A stretch of DNA of 64,000 bases from Aplysia californica (Eukaryota). The notes below the pieces were generated by a model that saw only the letters and a program-made list of their open reading frames with translations, was not told where the DNA came from and did not search any database. Made by a program: the position numbers and the translations under genes. Location: NCBI RefSeq assembly GCF_000002075.1, contig NW_004797441.1:844379-908378 (forward strand), read 5' to 3'. This document shows positions 14,912-29,800 of the stretch, one piece after another. Within the stretch, counting starts at the first letter, position 1. Every line of letters begins with the position of its first letter.

Positions 14912-17900
14912 GGGCACAAGGGAAAAACCAGCGATGTCATTTTTTTTCATTTTCTGGATTATTGTCTCTGCATGATGCCTGGCGGGGTCTGCTTTAGTCC
15001 ACCTAAGTCACTTAAGGAAAAACTGGTGCTGCAAGTCTCTGAGATGGTTAAAAAATATAGCCCACAATGGAAAAACCAGTGATGTCAAGCATACTTTTCT
15101 TTGTTGCGTCCCTTTGTGACCAATCAGTGATCGTATTTCAGTGAAAAATGGTGAAATGGTATAGGCTTAACACCCCTGTCAATAGTATTAGGTTATTTAA
15201 GAGGCAGGACATCCGAGTTTAAAGTCCATCCCCGAAAGGACCAAGCCAAATAAGAAATTCATGTATAGTGCCTTTCCCCTTTCACAATGCCGGACTGAGC
15301 TGAGACTTGAACCCCGGCACTGATGCTATTATCACTGCTAAACTGGAAAATCATTCATCAACACCCATGTTATGTTCACCTTTGATTTTTCGAACAACTT
15401 GGGCTGTCCAAACATCTCGACAAACAATTTGCACATTCGTTGGCAGCAATCTTTCTTTTCCTTATATCTACCCTCAAAGGGATGAAACTGTACTGTTTCG
15501 AGACAGTCGGCAAAAAAGGGGGGAGACGATGTGGCCAGCATGCTGCTACATTACTTTCTACACATTCTGCCTGCTCATGTAACTCGTGCACAGGCCAGAA
15601 CAAGAACTAGACCATGATCTGGTTTCTCTGTCATGTAGTTGTCCACTAGGGAAGGTACGAACAAGTGAAAATCTCATTTCCAGCCAGAGACCACAGCTCA
15701 TGGAATGTGACAGAGACCTGGCAGTGGTGAATGAGATGGTCACTGTAGATATGCCAATCAGTTGGGTGGAGCAATTCGAGACAACTCTTTGGAAACCCTC
15801 GCTGCTCCAGATGAAGGAGATGACACAAGCCGTATTCCAGAATGTGTTAGAAAACTTTAAAGCGTACTACCGTGTCTTCTGCCTTATACCCACTCCATCT
15901 CTGATTGAAATCTGCATCTCACAGGCCCAACCACAGCTAATGCAGTATAGAGAGAGCTGGAATGGTCCGTTTCACACAGCAATCATTATGAAGCTGGAGG
16001 AAAAGAAACAAGCTGCAAGACTCCAGCCTATGAAACCCGTCTATAAGAGCCCACTGACCATCAAAGCTGCCAAATATGCAGACATGAAGGTCTTAATAGT
16101 GATCTTGCCCAACAGCTTTTCTCTGAATTGTCCCATGCTGGAAGAAAAAGTGCATACAAGATTCTGATGACTCAGAGTCGTCATCCAAAAATGAATATGA
16201 AATAAAATTAAAATAAACATAGTGTACAAAACGGTGTGCTATTTTTTTGCTTGAACCATTTAGTTTTGTTTGTATTCACAAATGACTAAAGTAACTCACA
16301 AGTCATTGACTTCCTAGAAGATGAATATCTTGCCAATATTTTACAAGGGAAAAACCAACGCTGTCAGTTTGCTACATAATTTTTCTACTTTGCTCTTACC
16401 AAAACACTCATAACACGGGGACTGCAAAAATTCTCATTGTCAACACAAATGGTCATACTTGAAGTCAGTTTAAACAGTGGAGAGATCATTGTAGCAGAAA
16501 AAGAGTAATAAGTCTTTAAAGTTCTTCAATTATCTCCGAACTGCAAAAACTTGACATGGCTGGTTTTTCCCTTGTGCCCTTCATATAAAATATATTATCC
16601 ATCCGAAAAAGGTACAAACCGCAAATGTTTGATGGGTTGTTTTTTTTTGTTTCAGCTGAAACCCGTGGATAGATATGATCTCCTGTCCAAGCTTTTTCCT
16701 GGCATGCTGAAATCTTTTGAGGAGAACGATGAAGTGTTCACTATGATCAATTCAAAATATTTTACGGATTTTGGAGAGGTCAAGTCTGGTCAAGTTATTG
16801 CTGCCCCTCATCTTGGACAAATAATCCAGATATACCTGGATCAGGACTGTGAACCTCTGATCCGTAAGTGTCGGCTATACGGGTCACAAGGAGACCCATT
16901 GCACACCAACAGGAGGTGCAACCTTTCTGATAGTGGAAGGACACACAGTGTCTCGGTGTTTGTGTATGTTTGGGGGAGGGGGGAGTGGGAGGAGGTATCA
17001 GCAACAAAGGAGTTGGTTGGGAAGACTGAGGAAGATTGGGCTGACTTTTTTCAGATCAAACAATGAAAGCCAAAAGAATAAGAAGCTTTGTATGTGCCAT
17101 TTACCAACCTTCAGCAGTACCTGCCTCAGTTAAAGTTGTCTGTGCTGTTTATATTTTGATGGTTATTTGAGAAATGCATGTAATTTGAAACTTCTTCCAC
17201 CTTTGTTTCGTAGCCTAATCGGTGAAGCACAAAATTACTTTAACTTAATCATAGAATGTATTTTGATGGGTTGAAAAAAATGTTATAGCCTCCCTTCCCC
17301 TTGGAAAAAAAAGTTTCAAGATCTCTCCATATAGGGACAAAACCATAAGCTGTAGCTTATTTTGCTTATCTAGATATTGGGTTCCTCTTTTTCTTCATTC
17401 TTGAAGACAGTAAATCTGATTGTGTGCACAGACTTTGTGGTTCACTTTAGATCCCCAAGGCTGCCATACAGTTTCCTCACCATTGATGCAGCATATTGCC
17501 ATGTCTATGCTGCTGGGTTTGTGAAGTGAGTGCAGTGCTGAAGGATGTGCTGGCTGTAAGATATGAGTATGACTGTAAGCACTCTGTTGATTTTGTAATT
17601 TATCCTTTTTTTTCAGGAGCAATTACGGCCATCTACCCATCCAACCCGAAGGCACTGACACTTCACTACTCACAGCTGATGTCACAGATGCTGGACAGTG
17701 GAGACACCTCGAAGGTCACGAATCTGGCCTTGCTGTTCCACATAGCTTCAAAAATGCAGCCAGATGTAAGGGCAATGTAGGACTGGAGTAATAAGTTGAT
17801 CAGCTGGAATAGATTTTTTAGTGTCATTGATGCACACAAAGGTACCTCAATATTTGACATGGAAGAAGTTTTGTTTGTCATTCAATTCCATCTCATGTAC

Positions 17901-20530
17901 GTATTAGTAAAATATATTAAGATATTATAAAGCAAACTTAGTTGCAGATTTTCTTTTGTGTTTAGGCTACTGGACTCGTAATCGTGAGGTTGCGGGTTCA
18001 GGGGTTCGAGCCGTGGGCCTGACGTTGTGTCCTTGCGAAAGGCACTTTAAACTAATTTTCCTCACTTCACCCAGGTGGAAATGGGTACCCTGCCATAGAC
18101 AGCGAAAGATCTTGTCAGTATGTTAGTGTTTTAGCGCCTATAAATGGCTGCTTGCTCTGAGAAGTAAAGGCAGTTAGATGTGTGGGGTAACTTGGGAAGA
18201 AAACATCCTCTTAAATTGGTTAGTTTTCTACAGAAGAATAGATGATGTTCTACTGTCTCTGAGGGGTAGTCCCATAGTGGGCAGGCAGCAGACTGCCTTA
18301 CTCCAATTCGGTTGAGATGTTGATTGAGGGGTACATGTTGTGTTCTAAGTTGGAAGATTGTGGATTGATCTCCCCTCCTCAACTCATAGATTGGATCTTT
18401 GACCAGTGGTTTATTCATGTGGCCATACATCATCCTTCCTGTCGTACCTGTGGCCTAATCGTTCATCCAGTCTTCTTAAGGTTTGACTTGATCGTTTGGC
18501 AGCAGGTGGTGTAATCAGTAGGAGTATCATGCTGAGGGAGGCTAGCTCCTTTCTTTGCTAGAGCATCAGCTCTTTCGTTTCCCGGTATCCTAGTGTGGGC
18601 AGGAATCCATTGTAGGACTACTCTGATCTGGTGCCTACTTATCAAATTATGTAGACTCCAAATCAAGTGTGATATATCTTTGTTCACATCAGTCCCACTC
18701 TCAAGTGTCTCTAGTGTTGAAAGGCTGTCTGTAAAGATAACGATGTCTGTGGTAGCAAGTGGGTTAGTGTCAAATGAGTAGTTGATGTAGTTTGCTGTGT
18801 TGGTGATAGCCTGTTGTTCGGCAATAAAATTGGAGCAGAAGGACCCACTGGAATTAATAAAGACTTCTTTTTTTATCCGGTTGGGCAAGTTGATCACTGA
18901 CCCATATCCAGCGTTGATCGTTGCCTTAAAGGCAGATCCATCAGTGTATGAGTGGATCCATGTTGGTGGATAGGAATCGATTGTTTCAAGGGCTGAGTAT
19001 TTAGTGCCACAGGATATGTGTTTTTATTGCTCTTGTCCAAAAGTGTTTTCCTAATTTCTGGCTTTGCTATGGTGAGATGTGGTGGGAGAGTTGAAGGAAC
19101 TCTTTCCAGAGGTTCTCGTCTTTAAGGGAGGTAATGTTTTTCTTGGAGATTGAGGACGGTGTCAAGTACAGATTTTGTATTTTTTAGTCTTTAATTAAAT
19201 TTCCACTTGTCAACAAGAATTCTATTTGGGTGGTTATTTTCTAGCCTTTTAGATCTTTCGTATACTTCTAAAGCTGCCCGTTTTCTTTGAATTTCTAATG
19301 GCTCAATATTTGTGTGGATTTCCAAGGCCGCTGACATTAGGTGATTAGGAAGCATTTTAACATCCAGAGTGCAACTTTCCTTCCTACATTACATGATACC
19401 TGCATTCTGAAAAAAAGAGGCTCTTAAGCTGTGCTGACNNNNNNNNNNNNNNNNNNNNNNNNNNNNNNNNNNNNNNNNNNNNNNNNNNNNNNNNNNNNNN
19501 NNNNNNNNNNNNNNNNNNNNNNNNNNNNNNNNNNNNNNNNNNNNNNNNNNNNNNNNNNNNNNNNNNNTTACTAGGCTCTGTCTACCCTATTGAAGTCCTT
19601 ATCAACAAAACAATAATTACATATTCTGGCTGGACCAGTTTGGTCCAGTACATTCAGTCAGTCGGACACAGACAAGCGTGACATCCTTTGTTGTCGTCGT
19701 TCCGCCAGTCACGATCTTCGTATGTGTGTGGCATGGTAGTGAAATCAGACGCTCGTCATAAAATTCAAATCGAAAAGGCCGACAATTTTCCTCCAGTTGG
19801 GCAATTTTGTTTGAATTTTTTTTTGTTTTTTGGGGCTCAACACCTTTTATGTCAATTTGAATACCATATTAATGCATGCGTTTTACTGATAATCGTGAAC
19901 AAAGGCACAACNNNNNNNNNNNNNNNNNNNNNNNNNNNNNNNNNNNNNNNNNNNNNNNNNNNNNNNNNNNNNNNNNNNNNNNNNNNNNNNNNNNNNNNNN
20001 NNNNNNNNNNNNNNNNNNNNNNNNNNNNNNNNNNNNNNNNNNNNNNNNNNNNNNNNNNNNNNNNNNNNNNNNNNNNNNNNNNNNNNNNNNNNNNNNNNNN
20101 NNNNNNNNNNNNNNNNNNNNNNNNNNNNNNNNNNNNNNNNNNNNNNNNNNNNNNNNNNNNNNNNNNNNNNNNNNNNNNNNNNNNNNNNNNNNNNNNNNNN
20201 NNNNNNNNNNNNNNNNNNNNNNNNNNNNNNNNNNNNNNNNNNNNNNNNNNNNNNNNNNNNNNNNNNNNNNNNNNNNNNNNNNNNNNNNNNNNNNNNNNNN
20301 NNNNNNNNNNNNNNNNNNNNNNNNNNNNNNNNNNNNNNNNNNNNNNNNNNNNNNNNNNNNNNNNNNNNNNNNNNNNNNNNNNNNNNNNNNNNNNNNNNNN
20401 NNNNNNNNNNNNNNNNNNNNNNNNNNNNNNNNNNNNNNNNNNNNNNNNNNNNNNNNNNNNNNNNNNNNNNNNNNNNNNNNNNNNNNNNNNNNNNNNNNNN
20501 NNNNNNNNNNNNNNNNNNNNNNNNNNNNNC

Positions 20531-20583
<53 letters not shown>

Positions 20584-21923
20584 GGATGGATGGATTACAC
20601 AAATAAATGCATTGTAATACATTAGTATTAACTCAATCCAAATACCTTCTGTTGGAGCAGATTTTCATAGAAAAAGACATGGGTGCTATACTGGTGAAGT
20701 CTAAAGAAGACATGGGCAACCAAGTGACATTGCTGCAAATATTGGAAGAACTGTGTAAGCGACGTCCAGAGGCCATGGTCAAACACATAGATAAGTTAAT
20801 GGACACCTCAGGACTGAACCCGATGCTGTCTTCCTGGATCAACAACATGATCAGCTCTTTGGCTCTTCACGATAAGGTCAGAGTTATAAAGAATTTATCT
20901 GTATAGTTTTATTATTGGGTTGGTGAATTCTCATAAATTATATAAATGGAAGCCTATAGAACATATCACAGATAATTCTAATAATATGTCTCTGGCAGGA
21001 TAAAGAACATGGATACCATTCTCACATGAACATAGATTCCAACCAGACATGTAACAAATTAAAGCTGAGCTTACCAAGACATATGAGTGACAACAGCGAA
21101 TGGATAGAAACCTGTTAGCCAAGGATGTACCTATGTCTTTTATATTAGTTTGTTGTTTTCTGTGTTGCTTGCAGTTGATTAGGTTCAGTGGCAGATTCTG
21201 TGTGGTTAGTTAGCTATTTTGATGATTGGATTAAATTAACAAATCTCGTGATGTACTGGGGACACATTTAGCTGAAGAAAAGCTCTGGCTATTCTGACAA
21301 TTACTGAAAGTGTATGAGACATAAAAGAACTTTCATTTCTCTTTAGTTCAAGCTCTGTTTACAGGATCTGTTCAAGTCTGCAAAGCATCTGATCATGTAG
21401 GTTAGTCCTTTTTACATCCTGACAGAAAGAACTTGACCTCTGAAAAGAGTGCTAAAAGTGTTTATGAAATCTTTTGGTTTCTCGTCTGAATGCAGAAAGT
21501 TGCCCCCAAGGCCCTGGACTTTCTCTTTAAAAGTGTCAGGACAAACCAGGACAAGGCAAATCTACTGACCTCTTTGAATGCAGCTCGTATCATCGGCTTC
21601 AAGTATCCAGACTTACTGAAGCCACGTCGGTCTGAGGTGGAGAATCTGCAGATTGCTGATGCTGATGGTCAAAGCTTGCAGCAAACCATACTGGATATGA
21701 TTGACGGAAAAACGTAAGCCTTTCTTCAGTGCTCTCATTCTTTTTTTCTGTTTTTTTCTATCTATATAATTTATGTGATACAAGTCTTAGTGATACTTTA
21801 TAAAAGAAACCACCCTCTTCAGACCTAAAAAAATTAAAGAAAGGTAGCACTGAATATTCCAAAGAACATGACAGCGAGATTTTCATGATTCTGAACGTAT
21901 ATATATATTTATCCACTGATACC

Positions 21924-22009
<86 letters not shown>

Positions 22010-23779
22010 CAACCAGGGCAGAAGGGCATAGAGCATGCATTAGTTTTGGAGAAAGGGGAAGGGGGGGTGGGGGCAAGGATTGCGAAATGTTTTTGTTTTT
22101 TTCATTCGGCCCTCATTATTCATGAATTCTTTGTTGATTAATTCTTCAAAGTACTCAAGTTGTAGTGCTGTTTGAGAAAAGGCAGCATCTTGTTTCATGG
22201 AGAAAAGCAAACATAGGACAAATCATTGGTGTCACAAGCTATCCACTCAAGTCCATTTGGGTAATCTTTATACCAGAGACAAAAAACTAGTTTTGTTGTG
22301 TTGTTCCTATGAGATCAGGAATCATTAAAAGCAAGAACATTGTAAGCTTTGACCATAACATTAAACTGCATTTTGATAATGTTGAAAGGTGCATCTTTGA
22401 TAGAGCTTTGGGATGGTTAAAAAAAATTTTAAATTCTAAACATTTGGACTAAAGTGGATTGCTTACGATGATATGTGAGGCAGTGTAATGAAATCAGGCG
22501 CTCATCAAAATAAATGAGATAGGCCTACTAAAAATCGGCATTTTTCGGCCAGTTTGGAATTTTTTTTCAAATTTGTGGTTTTTTGTTCAACATCTTGTAT
22601 GTCCATTTAAAAACACTGTTATGTGCGAATTTTATGGAAAAACATTGATTAAAGGCTTTAAAAATTTGAATTATTTGCAGTTTCCAAGGACTCTTAAGCT
22701 AAGGAAGTCACCAAACTTTGACTACCATTTTTTCGCTAATTTTACTTCTGAAACCAGGCGACCCCACCTCCTTCAATTGCAAATATCTCGAGGTATATTT
22801 GAGATAAATGGATATCTTCTTCATCGAAAGCAAGGCAAATGAGCAACCTTTAAGATGACACTAATAACTCCTTAGGCCCAAAAATTGATGAGTGCCGGAT
22901 TCCACCGCATCAAGACACATATATTTGTTGTTTATTTGTTTATTTCTGCTTCCAGCCCTGATGACTTACGCAAGCAACTGGAAGGCCAACAGGATGAACT
23001 GAATGACCTCGTAGGCAGAGTGGAAGAAACAGAAGACGCCATTGCCGAAGTCCGCAGTGACGTTGATCGACAAGGACAGGAACTGGATACTGTAAAAAAT
23101 GAGGTCAATGAACAGGGTCAAAAGTTAGACCAGGTTGAGGAGACAGTAGAGGAGACAGTAGCCAAAGTGGAAGAGATTGACCAAAAGGTAAATATTTAGA
23201 GTTTTGATGTGTTTGTGTGTGTGTGTGTGAGCATGTGTTTACATGTGTACATTTTTGCTTGTGTTTGTTTGTGAGTGCGGATGTGTGTTTGCACTTGTGT
23301 GTTTGTGAAAGTGCACATTCATGTATGTGCTTGCATACCTGTGTGTGTTTGTGTGTGTAAGTGTGTGTGTGTGCATATATATGTGTGCACATGTGTGCGG
23401 GTATGTGTTGGTGTTGGAGGTCTTTTGTATGAAAGTTGAGGGGAGAGAGGGAGGAAGAGACAGAGGTACAGAGAGACAGAGAGAGTGAGAGTGATGTTGA
23501 AGATGGTTTTCTCTGTTCTTTTTGCCATTATAAGTGACTGGTAGTATCATGATGTTGGTGCTGTTGTTTGGATTACTGGAATTGTTTGACTACTTTTGAC
23601 ATTGTTGCTGTTGATACAGTAATAATATGAATTCAGCAGGGAAGTGAAGGTATCAGCTGTGAGCATCAAATCACGCATCAATTAAAACTTCACCTTTTAC
23701 CAGTTTTAATGAGAGGAATGATTTATTTTTAGAATATATGTGCATTTGTAGATTTTCCATGTGAAACCATCTTTCTCTC

Positions 23780-23820
<41 letters not shown>

Positions 23821-26800
23821 GGTTTTAAAGCTAAAAAAGCTGGGTTTTTATTGCATTTCTTACCATGTTTCCTCCTCTTCAGACGCTAAGCCATGCTCCA
23901 TATTGGTCACGTGATGTGTCCAAGTTGTTGAACCCTGAGTCTGAGCATGACTGGCGTCTGCTAAGCTCTCGACTGGGCTATAGCAATGATGACATCAGAA
24001 GCTGGGCCCAGCAGGCAGACCCATGTATGGCAATGCTCAATGAATGGTGAGTATATCCGATAAGCATGTTTTTATGATCTTTTGTTTCTACCCCTGCCCT
24101 CACCTCTTGCAGGTGGTAGAAGCACACTACTGGTCTGTCCTGTTCCCTTCCTTTCCCTCTTTTATGTTTGCTTGCCTTTCTTGCATCTTACCAGTGATAA
24201 ATGAAAGATCATTGTGTTGATTTGTGCCTCTTTACGCAAATGAACAACAAAAAATCAAACGCCTTTTTCAGTTTTGTTGCTAGTCACTTGCATCTATTGA
24301 AGAAACTTGATTCATCTTTAGTTTTCTTTCAGTACTAAGAATGATTCATAACATCATCTTTGGGTCCTCGCTGACACTCCTGAACCATGTCACAACTCTT
24401 TTTGTAATATAATTGTAGGATTAGTGTTCAGAGAAAAGACATTATGTTGTAGTAATGGCTTCTTCATGTATTTGTAACAGATTTTGTCAGGTTCATTTGA
24501 ATGCTTTTAATCAGTAGCTAGTTAGAAATTAGCATCACCATGGGGACTCTTCCCTAAAGACTTTCCGATTCAGCTGTAAATAATTTTTCTACTTGTTTCA
24601 TATAGTATAGCGAATGGTTCGAGTACCAGGTACGTGTACTCATGATTCTTTCTTAAATGGAAGCCTAAATATATGCATAAGTACTTTAAAATGCATTCCA
24701 ATTCAGTATTGTGGGTAGAGTTATTGCAGTGCGAAATGACTTGGGCTAAGAGTTCTGGAATGATTACAATAATAATGACTACTTTCCCTCTTGTCTCTGT
24801 AATGATGGGGGTCGCAACCATTTCTCATAAAGTTTCTCTGATATATATGTACTTGTTTACCCTGATATACACCCAAAACCAGTGTGTCTACTTTTGTAGC
24901 GAAAATTTTGTTTTTTGTTGATTGACCACAATGCTAAGTGGATTGTGTTGGATGCAAGCCTTTTTGTGCCAATGTGTGGTTTAAACCAAACTGCCTTTAC
25001 TTCAGGCATTCCATTACTCAAGTATACTGTGTACTCTAACGTAAGTGTGGGAAGTGATAGAAAAGAGAACAGACAGATAATCCGAACTCCTTGTCTTATA
25101 GGCCTAATTTTCTTGTCTCTATAACAGGTATGCCACTCGCAAAACTAGTGAGGCAAGCTTTGCCATCCTGACACAACTGCAAGAAATGAACAGGATGGAT
25201 GCAGCTATCATTGTGGAGAACGCTATGAAAAATGCTGGTTTGTCATCTTTCTCTTCTTCTCATCTTGTGGTTCTTATCATAGATGATCTTCGTTATTGTA
25301 GAAGATCATTTCGCTCATTGGCTTGAATTGAGCTTCATGTAGGCTACTTGTCGTCTTAAAATTTCGGTGTCAATTCCAATTTTTAAGGACAAACTCCAAG
25401 CCCTTTTTCTCTAAACATTATTTGTTTCCAGTACCTGTTTCCATGATCATCCATTTTCTTGAAAATTGATTTTTTTTGGACATATGTTCATATTACTTTC
25501 TTTAATTTCATGTTTTCCCCTTGGGAAACATAACTTTAACATTTCTGCCCCAACTGGAGATTAAATGCTTGAGGAAGCAAAGCAAACAGTTGTATTCAAT
25601 TGTGTTCACAGAGGCGGTGGTGGAAGACGAGGACTTTGAGTACGCCTCCCCTCCCCCCATCTTCATCAGCTACCAGTGGGGTCACCAGGAGGAAGTGAAA
25701 CTACTCAAACAGCACCTGGAGATGGCGGGCTATGAGTGCTGGCTGGACATCGGTCAGATGGGTGGAGGAGACAAACTGTTCGAAAAGATTGACAACGGTA
25801 TTCGGGCCGCCAAAGTTGTCATCAGTTGTGTAACAGAAAAATACGCCAAATCACCAAACTGTAATAGGGAGGTGAGTATGAAAAAATATTTTTGTAAAAA
25901 AAGAGAATGTGATAAACTCAAACAAAACTTATCAAACCAGTTTGGAAGGGTTGAGGGAGGGGGGGGGGTGTACTTAGAATGTTGTTAATTGTCTCGTTAT
26001 AGTTTGTTAGTTGAGCGTCAATACTCAGTTGTTTTTTTTCACATCCTAACTTTCAAGAAAGGCAGTGTGTGACAAGTCAAAGAGTCCTAATAAATAAACA
26101 GGGAGATTTCCTGCATTGTACCCAACATTGTGCTGTGATGTCCAGTTATATAATCTTGTTTTTGGAGAACCTCTAGATCAGTTGATAACACATTGGGTTT
26201 CAATATTAGATTTGTCTAAATCAAGGCAGTTTGGCAGTCCCACCATGTCTTATCAAAATGGAAGTTCGTTGCAAAAACTAGCCTCTTACAGAATTTCATT
26301 TGTTGAACAAGACATAGAAATCGTTGTCAAAGTCAGCTTGCTGAGATGCATGTTTTTGATCTGTGTATCTTTTTCTCTTATTGTTATTCTCCCTCAAACA
26401 TTCTTGATCTCCAGTATCCAGTAAATAAATCTATCTGCAATTCAGTTAGCAAGTGTTACATGTGCATAATGCATACTTAAGCATTCCAATACCTTAATTA
26501 TATGATTATGTGCCTTGAATCTGTCCATAAACACATGACATGTGTAGTTCTTCCTCTTACCAATGTATTTCCTGCCTGTTCAAGAAGCAATGTACCGTAA
26601 CGCTTCATCACCACATTTCCTGGGTTAAACTGGAAGGCTGCCAGTGGCAATGTGGTAAAGGGTTTGGAGTAGGGCTGGATCCTGCTCGTCAAATTTGAGA
26701 GTGGCGATTCACGATTCAGTCGGCTTCAATGAATCGCGAGTACGCGAGCGCTCATGGAGCTGTGGCGGAACACTGACTGAAACGGAACAGTGTCATTTCA

Positions 26801-29800
26801 ACGCCACTTGGCGAGCGCGAGTCCCACTCTTGTTGTTCCGCCATCCTCTCCGCCCCACACCCTTTGTTGCGCTGCTCTATCAACTGACCTCAATTAGTGA
26901 CCCCCATAAATTCACCCCCCCCCCCCCAACCCCATGATTCGCTAAAACAATGGCTCCATAAAATTCCTTCAGTCTATTGTTTGGACCCCGTTCATTTTGT
27001 TTTAATAGGGGGGTTAGACTATACCATCTTTTGTAAAATAAGGGGAGCCATACTAAGTGTTCTGTTCCGTTCTTGCGCTCATGACTCGACTCAGCAGTAG
27101 GTAAAACAAGCGACATGGTGGTGACAGCGACAGGGGAGTGAATCGGGAATCGTTTGGCGATACTGTTCCGTGTTCCGCTGAAGTGAATCGTGAATCACGT
27201 TCCGCAGGCAAGAGTGGCGATTCAGTTCCGTTCTCGTGCTCGGGACCCAGCTCTAGTTTGGAGTCTCTTTTAGAAATGTTTATGAGGTCATAGTATCAAA
27301 AGTTCCCAATGGAAAGAGCTGCATCTCCCCTCAACACTTAACAGAAATCATACATTCCTTTGATTTGTAAATGGTACTTGTGCTTTTGTATTTCGATCGA
27401 CTGTTACCCTAGTTTCACTTTTTCACTTTCACTCTCATGTTCCAGGTGAACCTATCTGTTGGCCTAAACAAATCTCTGATCCCACTACTGATGGAGAAGT
27501 GCGTGTGGCCACCTCCTGGCTCCATGGGTCCCATCTTCTCCGAGTTCCTGTTCATTCGTTTCTATCAGCGGGCGGGAGAGGAACTAGATGACCAGCGCTA
27601 CTGGCCAGGGGACAAGTTTCAGGAACTTCTCATGCAGCTCTCTATGCTTGGTCTGCCCCCCGATGAGGGAAAGATACAGCCTGGTAAGTTGTAGCATGAA
27701 TTATTAAGTTATTTAAGGAACTGTAAAGCAAGGACAAATGGGAGGAAAAGGGCATGTGGAGAACTGGTGCTTATATGTTTGCATCCATGTTTTAGCATAA
27801 CAAAGATGTACTGCATCCATTACAGTGAAACTAGAGTCTGATGAAGTCATTGGGCCTGACCCTCAATTTTATTGAATGCGAGTGTTGTTTTATGGCAATG
27901 TGAGCAACAAATTGTGTTACAATGTAGGGTTTAGCATACGGCAACGTCTGTTTCCACAGACGAGCATACAATTCAATATGTAGATTTACATCTCATGTCT
28001 AGATTTTTCCCTTCCGACACACGCACTAACAACCACCTGTCCGACCTCTCTTAACCCTGGCACACACTAAGATGCGTCATGTTGTACACATGTATCGAAA
28101 ACGCACTTGTTAGTGCTAAAGGAAGGCTTCTAATTGGAAGTATAAATTGTATGCAATAAGTTAGGCTAAATGAATAATGATCCACAGTGCAAGTGCAATT
28201 GATGGTTTCTTTGAATAGAGTTGATATGGTACAATGTGACTTCATTGAATTAGAATTTGCTCATTTATGTGTTCGAATTGAAGTTATTTTGTTGATTTCA
28301 ATTAATTTTTAAAAAATAGGGAATCTATCACATTTCGTTGAATCACAAGTTTTCGTTAAATCCGAGTTTGCTGAATCGGAGATACATTATTTATTCTTAC
28401 AAGGGTAAGTTTTAGAAATACTCTTTAGTCATTATCTTGTGAGGAGAATCATGTTCCAGCAAGACTGACTAATGTTTTCCAGAGACCAGTTTATGTTTCT
28501 TTTCTTTTCTTTTGTTTGGGTTTCGTTGTTATAGCAAGAGTTAGAATTATTTATGCTCTTTGTCTCAGTCTACCTGTATTTTGTCTTAATCCATTTGTCC
28601 TTCCCTGTTGTTGAACATTAGTTAGTTTCTTTTTCATACCTGTTCTGTGTGAACCAAATTTTTTTTAATACTGTGGGATTTATTCTTCATGTTGAGCCAG
28701 TCACTGCTCACTCAACATAATTTGTTTCCATTAGTGTACCGAAACTGGTGGATGCCAAAAGTGGAAGAAATCAAGATTGACAAGAGCAAGACACGTGGCG
28801 GAGGCAAAGGTTCTCAGAAGCAACAAGAAGAACTCGATAAACAGGTAATATGAAAGTTGAAATATTTGAACCCAATAAATCCAGCAACAAATAAACAAAG
28901 AATGGTACAAATTTTTATATAATATTACATCAAAGGTATGAACCTGTGTCTGAGGAATTTCAAGACATAGGACAAAAAGGGTTTTTTGTGGATCATAGCT
29001 TGTTTAGGCAAAGAAGAAGAGCAGAGTAATTTTTACCCTTTCACTTTCAGGCATTTTGCTACCTTAAAAAAGCTACAAAGTTTTACCTGCTCAGCAAATT
29101 TTTATTGCTTTCTTTTCTGTCAAGTTTTTAAGAATACAGACCGATGTATTTTTAGAAAATTACCTGTGCACAAATTTTCTAAAGTAGTAATCCCTGTTTT
29201 CTCTCTGTGTACTTGCACTTCCACACCCCTTTGCCCCTCTCTAGGCAGCCGAGTCCCCAGACGTGTTCATCTCCTACCAGTGGGGAAAACAGCCAAATAT
29301 CATCAAGCTCTATGAGCGACTCACCTCCTTGGGCTTCACCTGCTGGCTGGACATCAAACAGATGGGTGGTGGCGACTCCCTTTACGACAAGATTGACCGT
29401 GGTGTACGCGGCAGTAGAGTGGTCCTATCGTGTGTGACCCAGAAATATTCTCTGTCCGCCAACTGCCGGAGAGAGGTCAGTCTGGCAGACGCGCTCAAGA
29501 AACCGCTGGTTCCACTTCTCCTGGAGAAGATGACGTGGCCGCCAGCTGGACCAATGAGCATGGTCATGACGCAACTGCTCTATATCGATTTTGCACAGGT
29601 ACCTGGAGGTCACACGTGTTAACAATGCGTCACATCTGTGTCAGATATTTCTACATGATATCCACTTTTTAAAACGTTTTATCTTGTAGCATGCTGTGCT
29701 CAAAGAATTTATTTCCTTGCATTCCACTTTATTTTCAAAATATAATCTTTGAATAGAAAATTGCTATAATATTTTCAGTAAGTATCATAAATTGCGTAGT

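Noticed and set aside
15586-16167. 193-aa ORF as an exon or nested gene
   Set aside because: It lies between transposon TIRs, and the flanking exons 13 and 14 join in phase without it.
19688-20625. Long ORFs spanning N runs (also near 4.3, 14.5, 38.1 and 40.8 kb)
   Set aside because: Artefacts of assembly gaps and microsatellites.
23883-29598. Calling the gene MyD88 or SARM1
   Set aside because: The Death domain is internal, the TIRs are duplicated TIR_2 type and no SAM domains are seen, so neither symbol is supported.
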